A stretch of 64,000 nucleotides of DNA from Candidatus Hydrogenedentota bacterium (GTDB taxonomy: Bacteria > Hydrogenedentota > Hydrogenedentia > Hydrogenedentales > SLHB01): positions 8,125 to 72,124 of the forward strand of contig JARKSN010000316.1 in assembly GCA_029974275.1 (NCBI GenBank). Reading direction: 5' to 3'. The notes under the pieces are model-generated. The model saw nothing but the letters and a program-made list of their open reading frames with translations. It was not told the origin of the DNA and did no database searches. Shown here piece after piece: positions 38,939 to 48,385 of the stretch (positions within the stretch are counted from its first letter, which is position 1; every line of letters starts with the position of its first letter). The translations under genes and the position numbers were made by a program.

Positions 38939-40600
38939 CTATTTCATCTGTTTGAGAAGCTTGAGCAGGTGATCACGCTCGTCACCCAAGGCGGGATTCA
39001 GGGTGTCCGCGGTGTTCTCAGAACTCCTTTTCCGCTCTTGATGCAGGTACCAGCCCGGGGAAACGAAAAAGTCAATGCGCCAATCAGGCATCTTTGCTTG
39101 CGTGTGGACACGCGTTAGTTTTTGGTCGCATTGATCCGCGCGGAACCGTTCCAGGGCCTCGCACAAGCGGGCCTTGTCGCGCGGCTCGGTGTTTGGGCTG
39201 ATCAGCCCTGCCGATCGGGCCGAATCGAGCATTGCGCGCACGCGCTGACATGCTTTCTCCGGCTCAAGCTTCGTGTCAACGAGCACGCGAGCGAGAAATG
39301 CCCAAGCCAGAGTCTCTTCGTCACGCGCGGCCCTGCCCAACGCGGCCAGATGGCGCAGTGTGGGAAGGTCCGTCTTGTCCCATCCGGTTTCTTGGGCGAC
39401 TTTTTCCAGCACGGCCATATCGCCTGGAGGCTCTGGAGATGTCGCCCTGAGGCCAGCGACCAGAGCCGTCATGCGTTGCCGCAGTCTGCGCCGCGGCGTG
39501 TAAAGGTCTGATGGGCTGATGGTTATATTAGGCGCTGATTCCAATTCGCGCTCCATTTCCTCGTCGGAGATGTCCCCGTTTTTCCACATATGCAAGACAA
39601 GATCTTTCCAGATAACTTTCACTCGGCTCTGCGCCTTGACCTGGAAAAAGGTTTCCACCAACTGGTAGCGCTCGCGAATCATCGTCAGGCGCTCCATATC
39701 GTCTTCCGGCTCCGGCGCGGGAGGAGCAGAGGGCGGCTGGGGCGTGTTGCAGTTGCTGCGAAGGATGTTTTCCGCCACGGCGGCAATCCAATGGGGCAAC
39801 GGCCCTGCGTATCGGTAGCCCCCGTCGGGATCCTCCCAGTGTTCGAGCACCCGCAGGACGGCTTCCGAGACGGCAGCATCCGCGGTCCATTCTCCGGCTC
39901 CGCATGACCATCGCGCTTGGAGAGTCTTCGATATTTTCCCGAGTAAGCTTGCTAACTCCTGTTCGGCCTTCTGGATAGACATCGTTTGGCATGTCCTGGT
40001 AGCCAGAAAACGAACAACGGGATACCAAGTGAGGAGGTTGTCCGCGATTTGTTCGATCTGAGGTTGAGCGTAGGTAGCGATGAGGGAAGGGCGGAACTTG
40101 CGACGGATATATTCCCGAAGTTCCGGAATCAATGCGGGTGGAGCAGAGGCAAGAACAAGCTGATCGAAACGGCGAAGAAGTTTTTCGTCGGGGACGCCGC
40201 GATTGTTCCAAAACGCCCGCACCCGATCCATGAACGATCTTGGATTGTGTTGCAGCGTTCCCAAGCGGGTGGGCGCAATGTCCTTCTTAAACGCGTCGGC
40301 CATCGCAACGCACTCATTGTAGTGAGAGTCATTCTGGACGAGTTCTTCAAGTGCGAGGCCGGCATTCGCGGCAAGCGCTTCGATCAGCTCCAGCAGCGGA
40401 ATGTTTTGTCTGGCGCAGTTTTCGATGGCTCTAGGCGATGGCGTCGAGGAAGACAGGCGGGTCTGGGGGGCGGAGAGTTCTGTGGCGACTATTTTGGCAA
40501 GCAAGGTCGCGTCAAGCTGCGTTCCCAGGACCTTCTCACATATTTTATGAATATCATTGCAATGCGGCGCGTCAGACAAAGCAGGACTTTCTTGTTCCAT
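38939..40600 (-). CDS. ECF sigma-70-like protein with long N- and C-terminal extensions
   Basis: Region-2-like ADAAVSEAVLRVLEHW...YRYAGPLPHWIAAVAENILR; Pro linker; region-4-like ISDEEMERELE...ISPSDLYTPRRRLRQRM. Confidence 0.62.
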   Translation of the reverse strand: MEQESPALSDAPHCNDIHKICEKVLGTQLDATLLAKIVATELSAPQTRLSSSTPSPRAIENCARQNIPLLELIEALAANAGLALEELVQNDSHYNECVAMADAFKKDIAPTRLGTLQHNPRSFMDRVRAFWNNRGVPDEKLLRRFDQLVLASAPPALIPELREYIRRKFRPSLIATYAQPQIEQIADNLLTWYPVVRFLATRTCQTMSIQKAEQELASLLGKISKTLQARWSCGAGEWTADAAVSEAVLRVLEHWEDPDGGYRYAGPLPHWIAAVAENILRSNCNTPQPPSAPPAPEPEDDMERLTMIRERYQLVETFFQVKAQSRVKVIWKDLVLHMWKNGDISDEEMERELESAPNITISPSDLYTPRRRLRQRMTALVAGLRATSPEPPGDMAVLEKVAQETGWDKTDLPTLRHLAALGRAARDEETLAWAFLARVLVDTKLEPEKACQRVRAMLDSARSAGLISPNTEPRDKARLCEALERFRADQCDQKLTRVHTQAKMPDWRIDFFVSPGWYLHQERKRSSENTADTLNPALGDERDHLLKLLKQMK

Positions 40601-40809
40601 GAATTTTCCAATGCAGATATATGAATAAAACCAATGATATGGGGTCCCCCAAAGAAGAATACATATCCCAAACTACGATGCTAGCATACGCTTCTGTTCA
40701 GGATCAATGGTGGTGGAACGCTCAGGACCATTGCCCGAGGTTTGACCCCACCGAAAAGCGCGATCGTGAGGCAGGCTTGAACGAAGGGAAAGGGGGAATG
40801 AGGGCAATC

Positions 40810-41787
40810 TCAAACCGTGACGACGGCGCCCGCGCGGGCGGATTCGTACAAGGCGTCAATGACCCGCATGTTGGCGATGGCGTCTTCTATGCTCCATCGG
40901 AGCGGATCGCGCGTGCGGCAAGCGCGCACGAAGTCTTCGATTTCAAGCGCATAGGAATTGGCCGCCGGCACGTTGACCACTTCCTCGCGATCGCCCCGGC
41001 GCAATAGAAACGTGGCGCGCTCGTTGCCGGGAAGCCACGGCGAGGGAATGAGGATCGAGCCGTCGGCGCCTTCAATCTCGGCGGTCTCTCTCGCGTATGA
41101 CTCGATGCCGCATTCGAGGTGCGCGAGGATGTTGTTGGGGAACTCCAGGATGCCGAGCATCAGATCGTCGACGCTGGTGCGGCGTTCGAATGCGGCTACG
41201 CGGATAGGTTCTGCGCCGGCGACAAGCCGCGACAGGTTCACGCAGTAACAACCGACGTCCATGAGCGAGCCGCCAGCCAGTGCGGCGTCGGCGATAATGC
41301 TGTCCCGGCTGTGCATCCGGAATGAAAACGCGCTGCGGATCGTCGTAATAACGCCGAGGGCGCCATCCTGTATCAGGCCGAAGATGCGGTCGTACTGCGG
41401 GTGATAACGGTACATGAACGCTTCGCCGAGGGGCAGGCGCTTTTGCGCCGCCACGTCGGCGACCCGGCGGGCTTCGGCGGCGTTGGCCGCGAAAGGCTTC
41501 TCGCACAAAACCGGCAGTCCCGCCTCGAGGGCCTTGATGGTCCACTCCGCGTGCAAGCTATTCGGCAACGGATTATACACGCAGTCAATCTCGGCGGAGT
41601 CGAGCATCTCCTGGTACGATCCGAATACCCGCGGAATGCCTTGCTCCTTTGCCCATTCAAGGGCGCGCGTGTATTCGCGACTCGCCACGGCTTGCACGCG
41701 GGTGTCGTAGCATTCGGCCATGGCCTTGATGAAGGTGCGCGCGATCTTCGCCGTGCCCAGAATGCCCCACCGGACTTCGTTCATCAT
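40810..41787 (-). CDS. Gfo/Idh/MocA family oxidoreductase
   Basis: VRWGILGTAKIA, YNPLPNSLHAEW, VLCEKP, GGSLMDVGCY. Confidence 0.92.
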   Translation of the reverse strand: MMNEVRWGILGTAKIARTFIKAMAECYDTRVQAVASREYTRALEWAKEQGIPRVFGSYQEMLDSAEIDCVYNPLPNSLHAEWTIKALEAGLPVLCEKPFAANAAEARRVADVAAQKRLPLGEAFMYRYHPQYDRIFGLIQDGALGVITTIRSAFSFRMHSRDSIIADAALAGGSLMDVGCYCVNLSRLVAGAEPIRVAAFERRTSVDDLMLGILEFPNNILAHLECGIESYARETAEIEGADGSILIPSPWLPGNERATFLLRRGDREEVVNVPAANSYALEIEDFVRACRTRDPLRWSIEDAIANMRVIDALYESARAGAVVTV

Positions 41788-42034
41788 GCTACGCCTCCCC
41801 GTGCGCCGGCCGCGCCGCGATTTTGGGTTCATGCCCAAGCGTCAAGCGAGTATACATAAGAGCGGGGGGCGCAACAAAAAGAAGCATTGGCCGCCAATCG
41901 CCCCGATGGAATGGCAGCGACTCCCATCGCTCCACGACGGCACGTGATTTTCTTCGAGCGATTGTGGGAAGACGCGGGGAACGTATGCTAGACTTTTCCC
42001 CTGCGGCGCAAAGGTCGTGACGCGGGAGGATGCC

Positions 42035-42820
42035 ATGCCGGAATATATCGGGACGCACATGGATGCGGGATGTTTGTGGATGACGCTGCAGCGCCCCAAG
42101 GTGAATGCGCTCAACGTGGAACTTCTGCGGGAAATTCGGGAGACGGTTCAGGCTGCCGAAGCCGATGCGGCGATTCGGTGCATGGTCATTCATGGCGGCG
42201 CAGGGAAATTTTTCAGCGGCGGCGCGGATATCCCATCGATCCAGGACGCGCTGGGGAGCGATCCGTTCGCGAAAGGCGCGTTGCTTTCAGAGGGACAGCA
42301 GACGATGAATGTCATCGAAGGCTGCGGCAAGCCTGTTATCGCGGCGGTGAATGGCGCGGCCCTAGGCGGAGGATGCGAGTTGGCGTTGGCGTGCCATCTG
42401 CGCCTTGCTTCGACGGAGGCGACGTTTGGCCAGCCCGAAATCAATCTCGGCATCATGCCGGGCTGGGGCGCAACGTACCGGCTCGCGAGGCAGATCGGTC
42501 ATGCGAGGGCATTGGATTGGATGCTGACGGGCCGTATGGTCGACGCGCAAGAGGCCTACGAGGCGGGCCTGCTCTGTAAACTCGTGAAGGCCGAGGAACT
42601 GGAGGCGGCCGCGCAAGAGCTTGCGGGCACGGTGAGCCGAAAGTCGCCGCTGGCAATGCGGGCGATTCTGGAAACCGTCCAAAATCAGGCCTTGCATCCT
42701 GCCGATGCCAGCGAGCTGGAGACTCGCGGGTTTCAACGATGCATGGCAAGCCACGATGCCGTTGAAGGCGTTTCGGCCTTTCTGGATAAGCGGACGCCGC
42801 ATTTTACGGGAGAATCATGA
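42035..42820 (+). CDS. Enoyl-CoA hydratase/isomerase (crotonase)
   Basis: FSGGADI, KPVIAAVNGAALGGGCELALAC, GQPEINLGIMPGWG. Confidence 0.92.
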   Translation: MPEYIGTHMDAGCLWMTLQRPKVNALNVELLREIRETVQAAEADAAIRCMVIHGGAGKFFSGGADIPSIQDALGSDPFAKGALLSEGQQTMNVIEGCGKPVIAAVNGAALGGGCELALACHLRLASTEATFGQPEINLGIMPGWGATYRLARQIGHARALDWMLTGRMVDAQEAYEAGLLCKLVKAEELEAAAQELAGTVSRKSPLAMRAILETVQNQALHPADASELETRGFQRCMASHDAVEGVSAFLDKRTPHFTGES

Positions 42821-45276
42821 CAGTGAGGCGTTTAGGAACGTTTGCATGCGCGATAGGAGCGGCGGCGTTGCTGTCCGTATCCGCACAGGCGCTAGAAGCG
42901 GGCGCGGCAAAGGTGGACATTACGCCCGGCCTTGGCACGCCGCTGAATGGATATGGGGCGCGGCTGGGACAAGGGGCGGCGGCGGTGCACGACCCTATCA
43001 CGGCCCGGGCGCTCTACCTGGAGGACGGCCAGACGCGCCTGCTGCTGGTTGCGGCCGATCTGTGCGTCATCAATCGCGAATTGCGCGATCGCGCGCTGGA
43101 ATTGGCGCCGCGCGATGTGCCGCCTGAAAACATTTTTCTTGTCGCGACGCACAATCACAGCGGGACGGGGGGGATGGTGCGCCCCCTGATCTTTCGATCG
43201 ATTTCGGGCCGCTTCATGCCGGAGGTGTTGGAGGCCGCCGCCCAAAAGTTCGCGGAGGTTATGCGCGCGGCCATCGGGGCTCGCCAACGTGCGGCCATCG
43301 GCTATGCGACGTTCCAGCAGAACGATCTGTCGCGCAACCGCCGCGTGCCAGACGGTCCTGTGGACACGCAGGTGGGCGTGATTCGCGTTGAAAACGCCGA
43401 CGGACGTCCCATCGCCGTCATGGCCAATTTCGCCGCGCATCCCACGAACGTTCCCGAAGAAGACGCCCTCTCTGTTTCCGCCGATTATTGCGGTTTCTAT
43501 TATACGGAACTCGAGGCGTTGTTGGGCGAAAGCGCGATCGCCCTGTTCACCAATGGCGCGGAAGGCGATCAAAAATGCGCCGCGCCGCATGGCGAAGATG
43601 GCTGGGCCAAAACCGAGGCGGTGGGACGGTTGCTTGCCCAACGCGTAAACGAGGCCGCCCAGAAAATTCGGTGCGACGAAAGCGCGCTGCGGGTCGCCTC
43701 CGCGCAGGTCACTCTTCCGAAAACCCTCGCGGATTCGTTTCTCCCGCAGGACACGACGCTGAAGACCATCGAAATCAATGATTTGCTGCTGACGTTTTTC
43801 CCGGGGGAGCCGTGCGTCGACATTGGGCTCGAATTGCGGAAACGGACGTTGGCGCGCGGATACGGGGCTCAATTTTCCGTGGGACTTTCGAATGATCATC
43901 TCATGTATTTCGTGCCTCGTTCGATCTACAGCACGACGAGCTACGAATCTTCCATGAACTTCTATGGACCGGGCATCGAAGACTTTTTTTACCGCGAATT
44001 CAGCAAGCTCATGAGCCGAGGAACGCCGGAGCCCGACCCGGAGCGGCCTGCAGAGCCGGAGATCGCAGCATTGCCCGGATCGCGTCGCATAACATTGACA
44101 GGTTCCGCTTACGCGATTGGATACATGCGCGGAATGGCGTTTGCCGAGGAAATTCGCGCGCATTATCGGGACCGCGTTTGGGCCCGGGTTGAGTCCAAGG
44201 CATGGACCCCCAAGACGGGCTTGTGGAATCTGGCCCCTCCGTTCCTCAATCAGACGCCGTTGGCGTTGTCCTTTCTCGCTTTCAACGCGAGGCCTTTGCT
44301 GAAAGGGCTTCCAGACGACTTTCTGCGCGAGGTTGAAGGCATGGCCGATGCCTGCGCGTTGCCCTTCGATGCGGTTTGGCTTTCACAGTGCGCGCCAGTT
44401 TTCGAGGTGCAGGCGCGGTCTGAAGACATCTACCGCCAGCCCTACTGTACGATGTTCGCGTTGACGGGCAAACGTACGGAACGGGATGGCGTTCTGATCG
44501 GTCGCAATTTCGATTGGCCTGCGGCGGAGGCGATCGTCGTGGAGGATGTGAAGCCTGCGACAGGGCGTCGGTTCGTGGCGATTGGTTTTCCGTGGACGGC
44601 AGGGGTGTTTACAGGAATGAATGACGCGGGCCTTGTGCTATGCGCCGAGAGGGTGGAAGCCCTCGGAACGCCTTCTTTGACCGGTCCGCCGATCGAAATG
44701 GCGTTGCGTCAGACCTTGCAGACCGCGGGAACGCTTCCGGAAGCCTTGGCGCAATTGCAGGCGGCTTCGCATCTGCGCGGGTTTCATGCGCTCGTGGCCG
44801 ACGCGGCGTCGTTGGATGCGCGCATCATCGAATACGGCGCGACGCAAGTTGTCCGCGCGCCTGTCGAGGGTCTGCTGCTTGGAATCGATCCGGCGAGCCC
44901 CAACGCGGACGACTCCGGCAGCAAACGCTACGCGCGGGCGGCAGAGCTTATCGGCGACAAACAAGCGCTTGCTGCGCCGCGCGTTCAAGAAATCCTTTCG
45001 GACGGCGATCCCGCGCAAAACGGAACGGCGCGCATCTTTAACGAGCAGACGCGCTGCTCCGTGGTTTTTCAGCCCAGGATTCGCCAGATCCGCGTCGCGT
45101 TTCCGGATGAGAGCGGCAAACCGGGGCCTTACACGGTGGTGCGCCTTGGCGAAGTCGACGACGTGCAGCCCCAAGCAGCGACTGGAAGCAGTCGCGACGC
45201 CGCCAAGATCGCGACGCAGCAAAACCGCCGGGCTTCTTCCAGCGGAACGCGTTCTAGCCGCAAGGAGGGGTCGTGA
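42817..45276 (+). CDS. Secreted fusion: neutral/alkaline ceramidase-like domain + C45/Ntn-hydrolase domain
   Basis: AGAAKVDITP, HDPITARAL, ATHNHSG, NFAAHP, GAEGDQ, PGEP; then G...G, EVEGMAD, YCTMFA (nucleophilic Cys), GRNFDW, GMNDAGL. Confidence 0.78.
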   Translation: MTVRRLGTFACAIGAAALLSVSAQALEAGAAKVDITPGLGTPLNGYGARLGQGAAAVHDPITARALYLEDGQTRLLLVAADLCVINRELRDRALELAPRDVPPENIFLVATHNHSGTGGMVRPLIFRSISGRFMPEVLEAAAQKFAEVMRAAIGARQRAAIGYATFQQNDLSRNRRVPDGPVDTQVGVIRVENADGRPIAVMANFAAHPTNVPEEDALSVSADYCGFYYTELEALLGESAIALFTNGAEGDQKCAAPHGEDGWAKTEAVGRLLAQRVNEAAQKIRCDESALRVASAQVTLPKTLADSFLPQDTTLKTIEINDLLLTFFPGEPCVDIGLELRKRTLARGYGAQFSVGLSNDHLMYFVPRSIYSTTSYESSMNFYGPGIEDFFYREFSKLMSRGTPEPDPERPAEPEIAALPGSRRITLTGSAYAIGYMRGMAFAEEIRAHYRDRVWARVESKAWTPKTGLWNLAPPFLNQTPLALSFLAFNARPLLKGLPDDFLREVEGMADACALPFDAVWLSQCAPVFEVQARSEDIYRQPYCTMFALTGKRTERDGVLIGRNFDWPAAEAIVVEDVKPATGRRFVAIGFPWTAGVFTGMNDAGLVLCAERVEALGTPSLTGPPIEMALRQTLQTAGTLPEALAQLQAASHLRGFHALVADAASLDARIIEYGATQVVRAPVEGLLLGIDPASPNADDSGSKRYARAAELIGDKQALAAPRVQEILSDGDPAQNGTARIFNEQTRCSVVFQPRIRQIRVAFPDESGKPGPYTVVRLGEVDDVQPQAATGSSRDAAKIATQQNRRASSSGTRSSRKEGS

Positions 45277-46841
45277 GCGAGGTTGTTCGGGTGTTTACGC
45301 CAGGCGATGCGCGACGCAGACGGCGACGTGGGCTCTATCGCCGCATGGCGCTGGCGGTGGGCGTTCTTGTGATTCTCTATTTGATGGTCAGTTCATGGGA
45401 CCGTCGTTCGTATAGCCAATTCGTTCCAAAAGACCAAAAATATGGCGTGGTCATCACCGATCTCCTGAGACATCGCGACGCGTTGGCGCAATCCGCAGTG
45501 TGGCGGGCGTTGCCGCCCTCTATCGGCGCGAACGGCATTCCAGCCTTACTGACATCAAGCACAGGGCTTCCAGAGTGGGTGCTTAACAATCTGATTGGCG
45601 GACCGTGCTACATCACGGGTCAAGACATCGTCGCCTTTCGCGACGTCGTAATCATCACGCGCATGACGATGATTGGCAAGCAACTGGAGCGGTTAAGCGC
45701 CTTCGCTTCTGCGATCGAGAACGATCCCGCGGGCGGGCTCCGCCTGCGCCATGTACGGGGAACCAGCGTTTATTTTGCCGTGCGCGGACGTCTTTTCCTG
45801 CTGTCACGATCCCGCGACGCGCTGATCCGTTCCCTGACGCTCCGGCCCGAGGATGTCGTCTCGGATGATCCGTTGCTGACCCAGACCGCCAAGTCCGGCA
45901 CCGAACACGTGCGCGGCATGGTGATATTATCGCCGGACGACCCCCTCGGCAAGCACATCCGTTCGCTACGTTTCGCCTTGCGCATCGACGCCGCCGCGGC
46001 GCACCTGCGCTGCCGCGTGAAGCTAGATGAGAGTCTTGAGGCCTCTCTCTCTCCCCTGTTGACCGATCTTGGCCCTAAGCCGTTGATCGCGCCGCCTGAC
46101 GGCATGATCGGGCTTTCGGCCAATCTCGGACATCCCATCAAAGACGTGTGGGCGTCGCTCGCTCCGGCCCTTCCCTACCCGATTTTTGCCGCGCAACAGT
46201 GGGAAGCCTGGCAGACCGTCTCGCCCGGGCGACAACCGGGATGGTTGCACATGCTGACGGGGTTGCTGGGCCTGGCGGGCCCAGGGTTCGCCCTGAGCGT
46301 GAGCGGTGTCGACCAGAACGAAATGCTGCCATTGCCGTTGCTCGTCGGACTATTCGAGGCCCCAAACGACGCCATCCAGAAGGCTGCCGCGTCGTGGCCG
46401 CCGTTGCCGGATACGGCAAAACCGTGGGATAGCATTCCCCGCTATGAGACCGACCACAAATGGATTCGTCTGCCGTTGATAGGCGGCCCGTCGTTGGAAC
46501 CTGTGGCGGCGCCGTATGGCGATGCACACTTATTGTTCAGTTCAAGCAGGACTGTGGCCGAAGCGATGTTGACCCAGCCCCAACCCCCTCAGCCCCTGGC
46601 CACGCCGGGCAATCTGTGCCTTCAGATCAAGCCGCTCGATTGCGTGCAAGCTCTCGCCGATGCCGGCCAGCAATTGGCGGACAGCAATCTGTTGCGCGGA
46701 TATGCGCCGGATTCGTTTAGGGCCGACGCGGCGCGGTGGATCGAACAAGCTCAAAACGTCCGGTCGCTTTCGTTTTTGCTGACGCGCGACAACGGCGAAC
46801 TTGCCGCTCAGGCTGATCTATTCTGCACAACCGGCGACTAG
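45273..46841 (+). CDS. Hypothetical membrane-anchored protein
   Basis: Basic N-terminus plus one TM; GTGA coupling to the upstream gene. Confidence 0.65.
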   Translation: MSEVVRVFTPGDARRRRRRGLYRRMALAVGVLVILYLMVSSWDRRSYSQFVPKDQKYGVVITDLLRHRDALAQSAVWRALPPSIGANGIPALLTSSTGLPEWVLNNLIGGPCYITGQDIVAFRDVVIITRMTMIGKQLERLSAFASAIENDPAGGLRLRHVRGTSVYFAVRGRLFLLSRSRDALIRSLTLRPEDVVSDDPLLTQTAKSGTEHVRGMVILSPDDPLGKHIRSLRFALRIDAAAAHLRCRVKLDESLEASLSPLLTDLGPKPLIAPPDGMIGLSANLGHPIKDVWASLAPALPYPIFAAQQWEAWQTVSPGRQPGWLHMLTGLLGLAGPGFALSVSGVDQNEMLPLPLLVGLFEAPNDAIQKAAASWPPLPDTAKPWDSIPRYETDHKWIRLPLIGGPSLEPVAAPYGDAHLLFSSSRTVAEAMLTQPQPPQPLATPGNLCLQIKPLDCVQALADAGQQLADSNLLRGYAPDSFRADAARWIEQAQNVRSLSFLLTRDNGELAAQADLFCTTGD

Positions 46842-46884
46842 AGAGGACGAATCGGTGGCCAGGCCGGTATCCATGAAATATGAC

Positions 46885-48354
46885 ATGTCCCATTCACCCG
46901 CGATTGTGTGGTTTCAGCAGGACCTTCGCCTTACAGACAATCCGGCGCTCTTCGCAGCGGCCGATCGAGGCCCGGTGGCGCCCGTCTACATTCACGCGCC
47001 GGAAGAAGAAGGGGAGTGGGGCCTAGGCGCGGCGAGTCGTTATTGGCTACATCAGTCCCTTGTCGCATTGGACGCTTCTTTGCAAGCGCGCGGCCTGCGC
47101 TTGGCGCTGCGACGCGGCCCGACGTTGGACGCCTTGCGCACGATCGCCGCCGAAACCGGGGCGCGATCGGTTTTCTGGAACCGTCGCCACGACCCCGTTG
47201 GCGCCGCGCGGGAAGCCGCGGTCGAACAGGCGCTGCGCGCGGACGGCATCGAGACGTTTCCACACGTTTCCGCGCTTCTCTTCAACCCGGATCGTATCCG
47301 AACCCAGCAAGGGGGGCCATACAAGGTTTTTACGCAGTTCTGGCGCGCTTGCCAGGCCTCTGACGAACCGCCGTCGCCGTGTGCCGCCCCATCGTCCCTG
47401 CGCGGGCCGGAATCATGGCCCCATTCCGAGAAAATCGAGGCGCTTGGGTTGGAGCCGCGCGTTGATTGGGCGGCCGGGATTCGCGGCGCATGGCGTTTCG
47501 GCGAGGCGGCGGCTCGGGACCGTCTGGTTTGTTTTCGAGACGAAGCGCTGGAGCGGTATGCGACGGGACGCGACGCGCCCGCGGAGGAGTTGACCTCGCG
47601 ACTGTCTCCGCACCTGCACTTCGGCGAACTATCGGTGCGCCAAGCATGGCACACAATTCAGGAAGCTGCGCTGCATCGGCCCGGCAATAACATCGACGTT
47701 TCGGCGCAACGCTTTTTGACCGAGCTGGGTTGGCGCGAGTTTGCACATCACTTGCTAATCCACTTTCCCAACACGCCGACGCAGCCGCTGCGTCCGGAGT
47801 TTGCGCGTTTCCCGTGGCGCCGCGATCCCGATCGTCTGTGCGCGTGGCAACGTGGACAAACCGGATATTCTATCGTCGACGCGGGCATGCGCGAGCTATG
47901 GGCCACTGGGTGGATGCACAACCGCGTCCGCATGATCGCGGCGTCGTTCTTGGTGAAGGACCTGTTGCTGCCGTGGCAAGAAGGGGCCCGGTGGTTTTGG
48001 GACGCGCTGGTTGACGCGGACCTTGCCAACAACACCTTTGGGTGGCAGTGGAGCGCGGGGTGTGGCGCGGATGCGGCTCCGTATTTCCGCATTTTCAACC
48101 CCGTGACGCAAGGTGAACGTTTTGATCCGCAAGGCCGGTACGTGCGGCGCTGGGTCCCCGAACTTGCGGCGCTTCCAGACGCGCATATTCATCGACCGTG
48201 GGAAGCGCCCCGCGATGCCCTGGCCCGTGCGTCCATAACGTTGGGGCATGACTATCCCGCCCCGATCATCGATCATCGCGAGGCCCGGCAGGAAGCTTTG
48301 CTTGCGTTCCAGCGGATTCGCGCAATGGCCTCGGCCCCCCAAAAACTGGTATAG
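46885..48354 (+). CDS. phrB: Deoxyribodipyrimidine photolyase (class I CPD)
   Basis: VWFQQDLRLTDNPAL, TSRLSPHLHFGE, WREF, GWMHNRVRM, WQWSAG.G.DAAPYFRIFNP. Confidence 0.95.
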   Translation: MSHSPAIVWFQQDLRLTDNPALFAAADRGPVAPVYIHAPEEEGEWGLGAASRYWLHQSLVALDASLQARGLRLALRRGPTLDALRTIAAETGARSVFWNRRHDPVGAAREAAVEQALRADGIETFPHVSALLFNPDRIRTQQGGPYKVFTQFWRACQASDEPPSPCAAPSSLRGPESWPHSEKIEALGLEPRVDWAAGIRGAWRFGEAAARDRLVCFRDEALERYATGRDAPAEELTSRLSPHLHFGELSVRQAWHTIQEAALHRPGNNIDVSAQRFLTELGWREFAHHLLIHFPNTPTQPLRPEFARFPWRRDPDRLCAWQRGQTGYSIVDAGMRELWATGWMHNRVRMIAASFLVKDLLLPWQEGARWFWDALVDADLANNTFGWQWSAGCGADAAPYFRIFNPVTQGERFDPQGRYVRRWVPELAALPDAHIHRPWEAPRDALARASITLGHDYPAPIIDHREARQEALLAFQRIRAMASAPQKLV

Positions 48355-48385
48355 TGACGCAAACGAAGATTGAGCGCAGGACCAC

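Noticed and set aside
30290..40600. Type III-E CRISPR (Craspase) locus, because of CHAT + sigma
   Set aside because: No Cas7-11/gRAMP-like ORF, cas1/2 or repeat-spacer array; the giant ORF has a TM and propeller motifs, not RAMP domains.
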